Source of the DNA: a bacterium
GTDB taxonomy: Bacteria; UBA8248
Assembly (NCBI GenBank): GCA_965261085.1
Contig: OZ253442.1
Span: 2,176,001 to 2,240,000, forward strand
Direction: 5' to 3'
DNA: 64,000 nt
A model generated the notes under the pieces. The model did no database searches. It was not told the origin of the DNA and saw only the letters and a list, made by a program, of their open reading frames with translations. This document shows, one piece after another, positions 31,417 through 42,583 of this stretch; the first letter of the stretch is position 1, and the number at the start of each line of letters is the position of its first letter. Both the position numbers and the translations under genes were made by a program.

Positions 31417-32190
31417 TCATTTTTTCCCAGTGAGCGCGAGGAGCCTGCTATATGCGGTTGAAGCGTACTGGTCATCAGGATACGACTCCAACAGTGAACG
31501 ATAGGCCTTTCCTGCTTTTTTGAAGCTCTCTTCTATTCTGTAGCTTTCCCCCAGCTTGTACATGGCTTCAGCGCGAACGTAGGGAACATCTTCAAAATCT
31601 CGAATAATTTCTTTGTAGCGCGGAATCGCGGAGACTCGCAGGTTTGTCCTGAAGTAAAAATTCGCGACAAACAAAGCGTTTTTGCCGAGATGTTCCCTTA
31701 GTTCCGATACATTCTCTTTCGCATCGGCTGTGTGTTCCGAGCCGGGGAAACGACGCACGAGGGTTTGGAAGTTTTCGAGCGCGTCTCTCGCAACGGATGC
31801 GTCCTGGTCGATATCGAGATTTCTCTGATAATCGCTCATGGCGAGGAAATAGTACGCTTTCGGTGTTCCGGCGCTCACGGGATAGAGGCGCACGTATTCA
31901 GCGTATTGCAACTTCGATTCGATGTACTCTTCTGCGTGGTAGTATGAATCTCCGAGGCGCAACAGCGCACTTCGGCGGTGTTTGCTGTCGGGGTATTCCT
32001 CCAGCAAGCGCTTGAACGCGAGGCGCGCCGTCTCGAAGCGCTCGGCCCGTAAATCCTCCTCGCCGATGACAAGCAATTCTCCGGGTGATGCCTGCTGCTT
32101 CGGGCGCGAGACGCACCCACTCAGGATGAGGAGCACACAAACCAAGGAGAAAAAAACAGTCATGATGTTGTGTGTAGCGCGATTGAGCAT
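31417..32190 (-). CDS. bamD: Outer membrane protein assembly factor BamD
   Basis: Lipobox LSGC, TPR pattern, DQ...A...F..LV.RFP.S and VANFY motifs. Start codon uncertain. Confidence 0.85.
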   Translation of the reverse strand: MLNRATHNIMTVFFSLVCVLLILSGCVSRPKQQASPGELLVIGEEDLRAERFETARLAFKRLLEEYPDSKHRRSALLRLGDSYYHAEEYIESKLQYAEYVRLYPVSAGTPKAYYFLAMSDYQRNLDIDQDASVARDALENFQTLVRRFPGSEHTADAKENVSELREHLGKNALFVANFYFRTNLRVSAIPRYKEIIRDFEDVPYVRAEAMYKLGESYRIEESFKKAGKAYRSLLESYPDDQYASTAYSRLLALTGKK

Positions 32191-32285
32191 ATTATTCTCT
32201 ATCGAAAAAGGAATATCGCCGTGCAACTTCGGCTCCCCCTGAATCTTAGGAGAGCATCAAAGCAGGTGTCAAGAAACCTTTGATT

Positions 32286-34049
32286 CTACCGACGAACGAT
32301 GAGTTTTTCCCCGGGAAAAATTTTGGCCGAGGCGCTCAGTCGGTTCCAGGCGAGGAGAGATTCTGTTGGAATTCCGTATCGCTTGGCGATGAGCCAGATG
32401 TTCTCTCCCGGGCCGACGAGGTGGTGTAACGGCCTATCTTGGTTTTTTTTCTCGTTCTTCTCCAATTTTGCCACTTTTGTGAGGCGCTTTGGAGAGGGGA
32501 GGCGAATTTGTATGCCGATGCGTAAGCGCTTCGGGTTGAGTCCAGTATTGAGACGTATCAATTCATGGGAAGAGATGCCGTATTTTTGTGCGATCAGCCA
32601 AAAGTTTTCATCTTGTCGCACGATATGCGACTTTAGCATGGGGGCTGTCCCGTTTGCCGATGCGGGATTTCGGATAGCCGTATTCGGGCTTTTTATCGCT
32701 TTAGGCAAAAGGATTTTGGTGCCCACTCGAAGTTTTCGGGGATGGAGATGGGTGTTCATCTCCATCACTCTCTCCAGGCGAATCCCGAATCTTTGCGCGA
32801 TCTCGCCGAAAGTGTCGCCCGGCCGTATATGGTAATAGCCGGGGGATGAGAGATAATTCTTGGTTAGTTTCGCCATTTGCATGACGACCTTGTCGGCCTG
32901 TCCATTCGGCAGAAAAAGAAGATATCCATTGCCCGGGGGCGTGACGGAAGTCTTCAACTCCGCATTAATTTGCCTCAACGTGCGCAGAGAGACGCTCGAT
33001 AGTCTGGAAATCGCTCTCAGGCTGGTTCCGTGAGGAAGTTTGACGGCTTTATAATTCCAGGGAGTTTCATAATCGATGCCCACGAAGCCGAAAACTTCCG
33101 GGTTTTTGGCGATTATCATACCGGCGAGGTATTTGGCGACATAATTGCGGGTTTCGTTGGGTATGTATCGCGTTCTGGCGAGTGACCAGTAATCTTTTTT
33201 CTTCGATCTGCGCATGGCCATGGCGATGCGGTGCTCGCCGGCGTTGTATGCGGCGAGCGCCAGATGCCAGTTGCCGAAATCCTCGTAGAGTTTCGATAAA
33301 TAGGCTGAAGCCGCACGGGTGGATTTCATCGGGTGGCGGCGCTCATCGAGATAAAAGTTGATTTTCAGGCCCATGAGTCTCGCTGTGCCCGGCATGAACT
33401 GCCAGGGACCAACCGCGCCTGCTATCGAGCGCGCCTTGGGGTTGAAGCCGCTCTCGATCAGGGAGAGATACGCTAGGTCCTGTGGCAGGCCGTGCTCTTT
33501 TAAAATTTTGCGGAACAAGGTGATATAGCGCTCGCCTCTGCTCAGCCAGATGGAAAAATTAGTGCGTCCGGGGCCCGTAAAATACTCGATCCATCTGTCC
33601 ACGATGGCGTTGCGAACGACGGGCACGTCATACAAAAAAGCTTTGGGCTTCTTGGTTTCCGGTGTCGGTGGAGCCGGGAAGGTTTCTTCGACCTCAGGCA
33701 CCGGCAGGCTGATGTCGTGGGGAGAAGGCTCAGAGTCTTTGTCCGCCTTCTCATTTTTTGCTTCTGCGGGGTCTGTCCGCTTGGCGACTTTATCCGCGCC
33801 CTTGTCCCTTGGCTGTATGGACGCCGGGGCGCCCGGCGATTCTTTCCGGCCGGCTTCGAGTTGTTCGGGCAGTGTGCGTTTTGAAGCCGGGGAAGGGAGG
33901 AAAACTGTTTTTCGGGGGGTGGTGCGCGTGCGCGTCTCGATGGAGGCGTCGCCCGGGAGTTTCTTCGGCTGCATTTCATTTTCAGCGACAGGCGCTGCGC
34001 TGCAGCCTGCCGCGAACAAGCAGATGAGGAGAATCCATCTTCGTTTCAT
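32286..34049 (-). CDS. mltD: Lytic murein transglycosylase lipoprotein with three LysM domains (MltD-like)
   Basis: Lipobox AAGC, IES, AVGPWQF, LAAYNAGE, ETRNYV and three LysM repeats. Confidence 0.88.
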   Translation of the reverse strand: MKRRWILLICLFAAGCSAAPVAENEMQPKKLPGDASIETRTRTTPRKTVFLPSPASKRTLPEQLEAGRKESPGAPASIQPRDKGADKVAKRTDPAEAKNEKADKDSEPSPHDISLPVPEVEETFPAPPTPETKKPKAFLYDVPVVRNAIVDRWIEYFTGPGRTNFSIWLSRGERYITLFRKILKEHGLPQDLAYLSLIESGFNPKARSIAGAVGPWQFMPGTARLMGLKINFYLDERRHPMKSTRAASAYLSKLYEDFGNWHLALAAYNAGEHRIAMAMRRSKKKDYWSLARTRYIPNETRNYVAKYLAGMIIAKNPEVFGFVGIDYETPWNYKAVKLPHGTSLRAISRLSSVSLRTLRQINAELKTSVTPPGNGYLLFLPNGQADKVVMQMAKLTKNYLSSPGYYHIRPGDTFGEIAQRFGIRLERVMEMNTHLHPRKLRVGTKILLPKAIKSPNTAIRNPASANGTAPMLKSHIVRQDENFWLIAQKYGISSHELIRLNTGLNPKRLRIGIQIRLPSPKRLTKVAKLEKNEKKNQDRPLHHLVGPGENIWLIAKRYGIPTESLLAWNRLSASAKIFPGEKLIVRR

Positions 34050-34145
34050 AATCAAAATAATTTCTTCCCGATTTCATGAAAGCAAAGAAACAGCGGTGAA
34101 ACACTCATAAAGGATAGCAATCAGTGATGTAATTGGTCAAATAAG

Positions 34146-35600
34146 TTATGCGCGGTGCTCCGAAGTGCGGGAATCTCGAAAAAGAGAGAGCTGGTAATCG
34201 TTCTGTTCGATGGAAATCGGATAGTTTCCCGAAAAACAAGCCGTGCAAAATGTCTCTTCATCCGGGTGGGTGCAACTGAGCAGGCCCTCCAGGGATAAGT
34301 AGCGAAGACTGTCCGCGCCCAGGAATTGCCTGATTTCCTCGACGCTGTTCGAAGAGGCCTTGAGTTCCGCGAGGGTGGGCATATCGATGCCGAAAAAGCA
34401 CGGGTGGGTGATGGGAGGAGAACTGATGCGCATGTGCACTTCTTTTGCGCCCGCCCGCCGTATGAGCTCAACGATCTTCTTGCTCGTCGTGCCCCTGACG
34501 AGGGAGTCATCGACGACGACGACCCGTTTGTCCGCCAGAAACTCTTTCATGGGGTTCAATTTCAGTTTGACGCCGAAATGCCGAATGGACTGTTCCGGTT
34601 CGATGAACGTGCGGCCCACGTAGTGGTTGCGTATCAGGCCCCACTCCAGAGGCAGGCCCGAGGCGTCGGCGTAACCGAGCGCGGCTGCGAGGCCCGAGTC
34701 CGGAACGGGGGTGACGATATCCGCTTCGAGGCCGAGGCTGTCTTCCTCGGCGAGACGGGCCCCCAGTTTTTTTCTGACGGCGTAGGCATTTTTCCCGAAA
34801 ATGAGGCTGTCCGGACGGGCGAAATAGATGAATTCAAAAATACATTGACGGAGATCGGCAGGCGGAGAAAAGGTGATGCTTCTTAATCCGTCCTTGTCGA
34901 TGACGATCATCTCGCCGGGTTCCACTTCGCGGATATATTCGGCGTCAATCAGATCGAGCGCGCACGTCTCGCTCGTGAGAACCCAGGAATCGCCCCCGGC
35001 TTGTTCAGCGGGGAGTTTGCCCAAAACCAGCGGGCGAAAGCCAAGGGGGTCCCGAATCCCAATCAGCATATCTTCGGTCATCATCGTGAGCGTGTAGGCG
35101 CCCTCTAACAGCCGGATGGCTTCTACAATGGCGCCCACGGTGGTTTTTTCCGCAGAGCGGGCGATGAGGTGCAGGATGACCTCGCTGTCCGTCGTGCTGC
35201 GGAATATGGAGCCGTTGGCTTCGAGTTCCGCACGCAAGGCGCCGCCGTTGACGAGGTTTCCGTTGTGGCCCAGGGCGAGCGTTCCCTTGGCGTAGTTCAC
35301 CAGAAACGGCTGGGCGTTTTTGATGTCGGATTGCCCCGAAGTGGAATAGCGGTTGTGCCCGATGGCGATGCTGCCCTGGAGTTTGGCGATGCGCTCTTCC
35401 GTAAAAACATCGGCTACGAGCCCCATGCCGACCTCGCTGTGCACCCTGTCCCCATCGGAGGCCACGATGCCCGCGCTTTCCTGTCCTCTGTGCTGCAGGG
35501 AGTAGAGACCGAGATACGCCAAGTTGGCCGCCTCGGGATGGCCGTATATCCCGAAGACGCCGCATTCTTCTTTCGGGTGGTCATCTATCCAGTGAGACAT
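34146..35600 (-). CDS. purF: Amidophosphoribosyltransferase
   Basis: ECGVFG, QHRGQE, HNGNL, VPDSG and VDDSLVRGTT motifs. Confidence 0.97.
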   Translation of the reverse strand: MSHWIDDHPKEECGVFGIYGHPEAANLAYLGLYSLQHRGQESAGIVASDGDRVHSEVGMGLVADVFTEERIAKLQGSIAIGHNRYSTSGQSDIKNAQPFLVNYAKGTLALGHNGNLVNGGALRAELEANGSIFRSTTDSEVILHLIARSAEKTTVGAIVEAIRLLEGAYTLTMMTEDMLIGIRDPLGFRPLVLGKLPAEQAGGDSWVLTSETCALDLIDAEYIREVEPGEMIVIDKDGLRSITFSPPADLRQCIFEFIYFARPDSLIFGKNAYAVRKKLGARLAEEDSLGLEADIVTPVPDSGLAAALGYADASGLPLEWGLIRNHYVGRTFIEPEQSIRHFGVKLKLNPMKEFLADKRVVVVDDSLVRGTTSKKIVELIRRAGAKEVHMRISSPPITHPCFFGIDMPTLAELKASSNSVEEIRQFLGADSLRYLSLEGLLSCTHPDEETFCTACFSGNYPISIEQNDYQLSLFRDSRTSEHRA

Positions 35601-35601
35601 A

Positions 35602-37839
35602 TCACAACACCTCGGAGAGAGCGCCCGACCATGCCGCCACGATTTCGGGCATGGTCAGGTCAATAAGGGGAGCATTATCGCGTGTTTTGACGACGAAAGC
35701 ACCCTCCTGAACGCGACCGATGCGCGTTAGCTGCGCTCCGCAGCTTTGCACGGCCTCACGCAGGGCACTCTCCGCCTGGGGAGAGAGGCTCACCAGGATA
35801 CGCGATGCCGCCTCTCCATATAGCAAGCCGTCGAGCCTGCCCTCCTGTTCGGGAAGCCACACTTCGGCCCCGAGGCTGCTTTTCGGCGATGCGAGCGCGG
35901 ATTCCGCCAATGCGAGTCCCAAACCGCCTTCGGAAAGATCGTGGGCGGAGCGCACCAGGCCCGTTTCAATGCCGCGCCTGCACGCTGTCTGGACGGCTTT
36001 CTCAGCATCCAGCGATATCGCCGGGGCGTCGCCTCCCTCCTGGCCCGTTTCCAGCCAGATGTATTCATGGGCGCATGCTTGCGGCAATGGCGCTTCGTCT
36101 ATGGGGTGAATCAGGGCGATGGCGTCACCCTCAGTGGCGAACCCATGGCCCGCTCTTTTGTGGGTGTCATCGAGCAGGCCCACCATGCCGATTATCGGGG
36201 TGGGATAGATATCGACCTGATGCGTTTCGTTGTAAAAGCTCACGTTCCCGCTCACCACAGGCAAACCCAGAGAACGGCACGCTTGCGCCATGCCCTCAAT
36301 CGACAGAGAGAATTGGGCCATGACGGCGGGACGCTCGGGATTGCCGAAGTTAAGGCAGTTTGTGATCGCGAGGGGCCTAGCCCCTACGCAGCAGATGTTT
36401 CGCGCGGCTTCCGCTACGGCGAGCATTCCCCCCTTGTAGGGATCGAGCATGCCGTATCGTGCGTTTCCATCCGTAGTGAGGGCCAGCGCCTTGTTCATTC
36501 CCTTTAGACGAATGATGGCGGCGTCTCCGCCCGGAGAGGTCACCGTATTCGTGCGAACCTTGTAGTCATACTGACGCCATATCGGTTTTTTGTCCCCGTG
36601 GTTGGGATGGGCGAGCATCTTGAGCAGGGCGGGTCCCAGGTCTTTAGGCTCTGGCAGTTTGTGTAGCGGATCGTCCAGTGGGAGTCTGCGTTCGGGGTTT
36701 CTGGGGCGATCATAGGTCGGCGCATCATCCGTCAGCGATGATACGGGGAGGTCCGCGACTTCATCCCCTCCGAACATCATACGAAGCCTGCCGTCCCCGG
36801 TCACTTCCCCCACGACGGACATGGGCAAATCCCACCGCTCGAATATCTCTTGCACCTCGGGTTCTCTGCCTTTTTCCGCTACCAACAACATCCTTTCCTG
36901 GCTTTCCGAGAGCATCATCTCATAGGGCGACATCGCCTCTTCTCGGCAAGGAACCGCATCTAGGTGCAGGAGGAGGCCCGTGCCGGCCCGGCCAGCCATT
37001 TCAACCGAAGAGGATGTGAGGCCGGCGGCGCCCATATCCTGAATGCCGATCACGGCGCCGCGCTTCATCAACTCCAGGCACGCCTCGAGCAGCAGTTTTT
37101 CCCGGAACGGATCCCCCACCTGAACGGTGGGTCTTTTTTCGAGGGTGGAATCATCGAATCCTGCCGACGCCATGGACGCGCCATGAATACCGTCTCGCCC
37201 GGTGGGCGCGCCGACATAGATTACCGGATTCCCGACGCCCGAAGCCGTGCCCCGGAATATGGCGTCCGAGCGCATGATGCCCACGCACATGACGTTCACC
37301 AGAATGTTCCCGTTGTAGCAGGGATGAAATTTCGTTTCCCCGCCCACCGTGGGAACGCCGATGCAATTTCCATAACCCGCGATGCCGCCTACGACGCCGC
37401 TGACGAGGTAGGGTGTGCGGGGATGCTCCGGCGCCCCGAAACGCAGGCTGTCGAGTAGCGCGATGGGCCGCGCGCCCATCGTAAAAATGTCTCGCAAAAT
37501 GCCGCCTACGCCGGTAGCCGCGCCCTGGTAGGGTTCGATGTAAGAGGGATGATTGTGGCTTTCCATCTTGAACGCCACGGCCATGCCTTGGCCCAAGTCG
37601 ACGACGCCGGCGTTTTCTCCAGGTCCTTGCAGGACATGCGGGCCTTGTGTGGGAAATTTTTTCAGGTGAATGCGGCTGCTTTTATATGAGCAATGTTCAT
37701 TCCACATGGCGGAGAATACGCCGAGTTCGGTGACGTTGGGCTTGCGCCCCAGGGTTTCGGTTATTTTCTCCCATTCGGCTGAGGAGAGACCGTGGTCGAG
37801 GGCCATCTCCGGCGTGGCGAGAACGTCTGTCGTGATCAT
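35602..37839 (-). CDS. purL: FGAM synthase subunit PurL (small type)
   Basis: [29 protein letters not shown] and GNVSFYN motifs. Confidence 0.97.
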   Translation of the reverse strand: MITTDVLATPEMALDHGLSSAEWEKITETLGRKPNVTELGVFSAMWNEHCSYKSSRIHLKKFPTQGPHVLQGPGENAGVVDLGQGMAVAFKMESHNHPSYIEPYQGAATGVGGILRDIFTMGARPIALLDSLRFGAPEHPRTPYLVSGVVGGIAGYGNCIGVPTVGGETKFHPCYNGNILVNVMCVGIMRSDAIFRGTASGVGNPVIYVGAPTGRDGIHGASMASAGFDDSTLEKRPTVQVGDPFREKLLLEACLELMKRGAVIGIQDMGAAGLTSSSVEMAGRAGTGLLLHLDAVPCREEAMSPYEMMLSESQERMLLVAEKGREPEVQEIFERWDLPMSVVGEVTGDGRLRMMFGGDEVADLPVSSLTDDAPTYDRPRNPERRLPLDDPLHKLPEPKDLGPALLKMLAHPNHGDKKPIWRQYDYKVRTNTVTSPGGDAAIIRLKGMNKALALTTDGNARYGMLDPYKGGMLAVAEAARNICCVGARPLAITNCLNFGNPERPAVMAQFSLSIEGMAQACRSLGLPVVSGNVSFYNETHQVDIYPTPIIGMVGLLDDTHKRAGHGFATEGDAIALIHPIDEAPLPQACAHEYIWLETGQEGGDAPAISLDAEKAVQTACRRGIETGLVRSAHDLSEGGLGLALAESALASPKSSLGAEVWLPEQEGRLDGLLYGEAASRILVSLSPQAESALREAVQSCGAQLTRIGRVQEGAFVVKTRDNAPLIDLTMPEIVAAWSGALSEVL

Positions 37840-38531
37840 GACGAGACCGCGACTTGCATGACGGATTTGAACACCGACAATCCGTCCTCTCCGCCCAACA
37901 GTGGATCGCAACTGCGCTCGGGATGCGGCATGAGGCCCACCACGTTTCTTTGCCGGTTACATATGCCTGCGATGTTTTCGATTGAGCCGTTGGGATTCGC
38001 CTCCGCGTTCGCACGACCCTTGGTGTCGGTGTAGCGAAAAACGATCTGATCGTTATCTTCTAGTTCGGCCAGCGTCCCGGGCTCGCAGAAGTAGTTCCCC
38101 TCGCCATGCGCGATGGTCATTTTGAGGATTTCGTCCGGCTGAACTTCGCAGGTAAAGGGTGTTCTCGACGTTTCGCATTTCAGCCAGACATCGTCGCAAA
38201 CGAAGCGAAGCGACTCGTTTCGCCTCAAGGCCCCGGGCAGGAGGCCCGATTCGGTCAGGCACTGAAAGCCGTTGCATATGCCGATGAGGGGACGTCCCTC
38301 CTTGGCGTGCGCGGAAACGGCTTTCATGATGGGAGAGAAGCGGGATATGGCGCCGGCTCTCAGGTAATCCCCATAGCTGAAGCCTCCGGGGAGTATGACC
38401 ACCTCCGCGTCGCCCAAAGAGGTTTCCTTGTGCCACACGAACCGCACCGGTTGCTTGAGGACATCCTTGATGGCGTGGTAGCAGTCATGATCGCAATTGG
38501 AGCCTGGGAAGACGATGACGGCGAATTGCAT
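37836..38531 (-). CDS. purQ: FGAM synthase subunit PurQ
   Basis: [24 protein letters not shown] and MPHPER motifs. Confidence 0.96.
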   Translation of the reverse strand: MQFAVIVFPGSNCDHDCYHAIKDVLKQPVRFVWHKETSLGDAEVVILPGGFSYGDYLRAGAISRFSPIMKAVSAHAKEGRPLIGICNGFQCLTESGLLPGALRRNESLRFVCDDVWLKCETSRTPFTCEVQPDEILKMTIAHGEGNYFCEPGTLAELEDNDQIVFRYTDTKGRANAEANPNGSIENIAGICNRQRNVVGLMPHPERSCDPLLGGEDGLSVFKSVMQVAVSS

Positions 38532-38794
38532 TACCGGCTCTCGCCATTCATGGATTCGCCCGCCATTTCGATGCGGTAATCTTCGATGACGGGGTTGGCG
38601 AGCAGGTCCTGGCACATTCTTTCGAGGTCGGCGTGGATGTCGTCCGCATCTTCGAGTTCGAGTTCGATGAATTTTCCCACGCGCACGTCGTTCACGCCCT
38701 TGAATCCGAGAGAGGAGAGCGCTCCTCGAACGGCTTCCCCCTGGGGGTCGAGCACGCCGGCTTTGAATGTCACATAAACCAGGGCTTTCGGCAT
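38531..38794 (-). CDS. purS: FGAM synthase subunit PurS
   Basis: VLDPQG, VRVGK and LLANPVIEDY motifs. Confidence 0.95.
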   Translation of the reverse strand: MPKALVYVTFKAGVLDPQGEAVRGALSSLGFKGVNDVRVGKFIELELEDADDIHADLERMCQDLLANPVIEDYRIEMAGESMNGESR

Positions 38795-38813
38795 CACTAC
38801 CTCCGGGCGCGGG

Positions 38814-39527
38814 TTATTTTTTGACGAGCTTTTCGACTTCGGCGTATGCGTCTTCCACGTTGCCCAAATCTCTGCGGAAGCGGTCCTTATCCAGTTTGCG
38901 GCCCGTTCCTTTCTCCCAGAAACGGCAGCCGTCCGGCGTGATTTCATCGCCCAGCAAAAGCTTGCCGCCCTCGGCCTCGCAGCGCCCGAACTCGAGCTTG
39001 AAGTCCACGAGGTCTATGTTGCGCTCGGAGAAAAACGAGGTGAGGATGTCGTTCACCTGAAAGGCGTATTCGCGCATCTGGGCGAGTTCTTCGCGCGTCG
39101 CCAGGCCAAAGGCCACGGCGGTGTCCTCGTTGATGAGCGGGTCATCGAGTCCATCGTTTTTCAGGTGCAGGTCGACAATCGTGTTGGGAAGGCGCGCGCC
39201 TTCCTCCACACCCATTCTTTTGGCCAGATTCCCCGCGATGATGTTTCTGAGCACCACTTCGACCAGAATGATGTCAAGTTTTTTTACCAGCATCTCGCGT
39301 TCGGAGAGTTTTTCCACGAAATGCGTGGGCACTTCCTGGCGCTCTACCTCTTGCAACAGATGAGAGGAGATAGAGTTGTTGAAAATGCCTTTGGATTCGA
39401 TGGTGCCCAGTTTTTTCGCGTTAAAAGCGGATGCATCATCTTTGAAGAACTGGATATAGTAGTCGGGGTCGTTCGTCTCGTAGATGATCTTGGCCTTGCC
39501 TTCGTAAACCTGTTTACCGCGTTCCAT
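38814..39527 (-). CDS. purC: SAICAR synthase
   Basis: YEGKAK, DFKLEFG, DEITPD and DKDRFR motifs. Confidence 0.96.
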   Translation of the reverse strand: MERGKQVYEGKAKIIYETNDPDYYIQFFKDDASAFNAKKLGTIESKGIFNNSISSHLLQEVERQEVPTHFVEKLSEREMLVKKLDIILVEVVLRNIIAGNLAKRMGVEEGARLPNTIVDLHLKNDGLDDPLINEDTAVAFGLATREELAQMREYAFQVNDILTSFFSERNIDLVDFKLEFGRCEAEGGKLLLGDEITPDGCRFWEKGTGRKLDKDRFRRDLGNVEDAYAEVEKLVKK

Positions 39528-39681
39528 GAACAATTCTCCATTCGAGGATCGCCAAATTCGAACCTTCGTCTTAGGGGTTATTCCATCATTTGAGCGGGTT
39601 GGAAAATTGACCATTCCTGATGGTCAGAAGCCGCTATCTTAACATACACAAACCCATTTTTGTCACCTTGTGTTTTGGGTT

Positions 39682-40989
39682 TCATCCGTCATGAATACCG
39701 AATACCCGTTCGAAAATCCGGTCCAGATTTTTCAGGTGGGCGTCCATGTCGAAGCAGTGGGCGAGTTCGGCCTCGCCCAGCACGCCGCCCACTTGCGGAT
39801 CCGCTGCCAGTTTGGCCTGAAAATCACCACCCTCGGCCCATACTTCCATGGCCGGGGCCTGCACGCGCGCGTAGGCTTCCTCACGGGTAATGCCCGTTTT
39901 GCGGATCAGGGCGAGCATGACGTGCTCACTGAGGAGCAATCCCTTTGAGCGCGCGAGGTTTTCCTGCATTTTATCGGGATAGGTCATCCAGTTTTTCATT
40001 AAATCGTTGAGTTTCGTGAGCATATAATCCACGAGAATCGTGCTGTCCGGCAGTATCACTCGCTCCACGGATGAGTGGGAGATGTCGCGTTCATGCCACA
40101 AGGGGACATTTTGCAGGGCCGCGGTGGCGTTTCCCTGCACCACGCGGGCGAGACCGCAGAGCTGTTCCGAGACCACGGGGTTTCTCTTGTGGGGCATGGC
40201 GGAACTGCCCTTCTGCCCCTTGCTGAAGAATTCTTCCGCTTCGCCCACCTCATTTCTTTGCAGGTGGCGCACCTCCGTCGCCACCCGGGAGATGCTCGCC
40301 GCCACGAGGGCGAGAGCAAGTTGATACTCCGCATGGCGGTCGCGCTGGATGATCTGGCTGCTTACGCGGTCAACCTTGAGACCGAGGCGCTTGCAGATGG
40401 CCTCCTCGGCATCTGGCGGGATGTGAGGACACGCGCCCACGGCGCCTGATATCTGGCCGACGCGGATGGCTTCCCGCGCACCTTGCATTCGCTCATGCGC
40501 GCGTTCGAACTCGGTGTACCAGGTGGCTATTTTGAGGCCCAGAGTAGTTGGCTCGGCGTGCATCCCGTGGGTTCTGCCCGATATGATGGTGCGTTTTTGC
40601 TCCAAAGCACGTTCTTTAAGAGTCTTTTTGAGTTCTTGAATGTCATTGAGAATGATATCGGCTGCGGATATGAGCTGAAGTGCTAGCCCGGTATCGAGGA
40701 CGTCGCTGCTCGTCATGCCGAGGTGGATGTAACGCGATGACGGTCCTACGTGCTCCGCCACGTTGGTGAGAAACGCGATGACGTCGTGTTTGGTGACGCG
40801 CTCGATCTCCTTGATGCGCTCCGGGTCGAACGCCGCTTTCGATTTAATGTCCTCAAGCGCCTCTTCTGGAATTTCACCGCGCGCGGTCATTTCCTCGCAA
40901 ACGGCTATCTCCACGTCGAGCATGCGCTGAAGTTTTTCCCGTTCTTCCCATATTTTCGCCATTTCAGGGCGTGTGTATCTCGGAATCAA
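39682..40989 (-). CDS. purB: Adenylosuccinate lyase
   Basis: KHDVIAF, TSSD, GRTHG and SSAMPHKRNP motifs. Confidence 0.97.
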   Translation of the reverse strand: MIPRYTRPEMAKIWEEREKLQRMLDVEIAVCEEMTARGEIPEEALEDIKSKAAFDPERIKEIERVTKHDVIAFLTNVAEHVGPSSRYIHLGMTSSDVLDTGLALQLISAADIILNDIQELKKTLKERALEQKRTIISGRTHGMHAEPTTLGLKIATWYTEFERAHERMQGAREAIRVGQISGAVGACPHIPPDAEEAICKRLGLKVDRVSSQIIQRDRHAEYQLALALVAASISRVATEVRHLQRNEVGEAEEFFSKGQKGSSAMPHKRNPVVSEQLCGLARVVQGNATAALQNVPLWHERDISHSSVERVILPDSTILVDYMLTKLNDLMKNWMTYPDKMQENLARSKGLLLSEHVMLALIRKTGITREEAYARVQAPAMEVWAEGGDFQAKLAADPQVGGVLGEAELAHCFDMDAHLKNLDRIFERVFGIHDG

Positions 40990-41780
40990 GAGGGTTCCTC
41001 CGTTCTACCCCCGCCGCCCAAGAGTGGTGTGGGCTCATCCTGAGTGGCGTTCAAGACGTTACTGCGTCCGTGGCCGTTCAACGCTTTTCGGGCCGTCTCC
41101 AAAAGAAGCTCGTTCTCGTTGTTCTCTTGTGAGATATGCGCGCAGACGAGCCATTCGAAGTCGTCCGTGACGATATTCTCGAGCAATTGCGCCGCATCCT
41201 CGTTGCTGAGGTGCCCGAGTTTACCTCGAATCCTTTGCTTGATCGGCCAGGGGTAGGGGCCGTTGATGAGCATTGCCACGTCGTGGTTGAACTCCAGGAC
41301 GAGTCCTTGAAGCCCCTGGAGCCGCTGGCGCGCTAGGTTCGTAACAAACCCCATGTCGGTGGCGAAGCCGACGCGGCGACCGTCTTCGGCGTTGAATATC
41401 ATCCCGAACGGGTCGGCCGCGTCATGGGGCGTGCTGAAAGGCTCCACCCGTATGCCGCCGAGGTGGAAGGGGAGCCCCACTTCGATTTCCATCCACGCAG
41501 GCGTCTCGCCGATCGTCTCTAGGCTCGCCTTGTATGTGGCTTTGTTCGTCCAAAGGGGAAGATTCCATCTTCTCGCCAAGGTGCCTGCGCTCCTGATGTG
41601 ATCGATATGTTCATGCGTGAGCACGATGGCCATCAGATCCTGCGGGTGCAAGCCATAGGTTTCGAGGCGCTTTGTGATTTGCCGCGCGCTGAGGCCTGCA
41701 TCGACGAGAAACGCCGCGCCGTTTGAGCGAACCAAAGCGGCGTTTCCTCTGCTCCCGCTGCCTAGAACTCCGATTTCCAC
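40986..41780 (-). CDS. MBL-fold metallo-hydrolase (YycJ/WalJ-like)
   Basis: LGSGSRGN, THEHIDH, PHDA, EFNHD and GHLSN motifs. Confidence 0.9.
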   Translation of the reverse strand: MEIGVLGSGSRGNAALVRSNGAAFLVDAGLSARQITKRLETYGLHPQDLMAIVLTHEHIDHIRSAGTLARRWNLPLWTNKATYKASLETIGETPAWMEIEVGLPFHLGGIRVEPFSTPHDAADPFGMIFNAEDGRRVGFATDMGFVTNLARQRLQGLQGLVLEFNHDVAMLINGPYPWPIKQRIRGKLGHLSNEDAAQLLENIVTDDFEWLVCAHISQENNENELLLETARKALNGHGRSNVLNATQDEPTPLLGGGGRTEEPS

Positions 41781-41808
41781 GTCTCGCGTCCCGTCGTTGT
41801 TCTTTCAT

Positions 41809-42414
41809 TCATCGGTTGAAGGCGATATTTTCTTCCTTTGGGTCCCTGGTGAAAGCCTCGTCAATACGGTGGCAAATATAGTGAAGAGCGGCTTCATGGG
41901 CTTCCTGTATGAAACCGGTATCGTTCGAGGGCACTTTCGCCGCAAACTTTGCGGCTTGAGAGGCCAGTCCACCGCCGCTTCCCGTCATCGCAACGCCCAA
42001 GAGACCAAGGGCGTCGGCTCGTTCGAGGGCCGAGACGACGTTTGCGGAATTGCCGCTCGTGCTGAGACCCAGGGCGACGTCTCCCTCTCGCCCGTGCGCC
42101 TGAATTTGCCGCGCGAAGATTTCTTCATACGCGTAGTCGTTCCCGATGGCGGTGAGGGCGCTCGCGTCGCCCGTGAGGCAAATGGCGGGCAGGGGAGCGC
42201 GTTCGGCCAAGAAGCGACCAACGAGTTCGCCTGTGAAATGCATGGCGAGTGCAGCGCTCCCCCCGTTGCCAAACGCGATGATTTTCTTTTTAGATTCCAA
42301 ACATTCGACGATGACATTGCAGATATCGTCTATTTGCCGGGGGTAATCACTCGCCACGAGAGATTCGTATCTCAAGGCGCGTTCGGCCAGAAATTCCTTT
42401 GCCGATGATTCCAA
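41809..42414 (-). CDS. gmhA: Phosphoheptose isomerase (SIS domain)
   Basis: GNGGS, GNDY, STSGNS and IQEAH motifs. Start inferred at TTG 42414. Confidence 0.88.
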   Translation of the reverse strand: MESSAKEFLAERALRYESLVASDYPRQIDDICNVIVECLESKKKIIAFGNGGSAALAMHFTGELVGRFLAERAPLPAICLTGDASALTAIGNDYAYEEIFARQIQAHGREGDVALGLSTSGNSANVVSALERADALGLLGVAMTGSGGGLASQAAKFAAKVPSNDTGFIQEAHEAALHYICHRIDEAFTRDPKEENIAFNR

Positions 42415-42583
42415 AGGATACCTCTGAGTCGTGGGGCGGTACGGGCGATGGAGAAGATGAACCTGCTCAATGACTCTCAATCTAGCCGATCCATGAGGTG
42501 TATTTCAAGGCGCTCCATCGAGTGGAAAGGATGATCGGCGTTTCAGGGGAACACCGGACATGAAAAGCCCGAATGAAAGGATT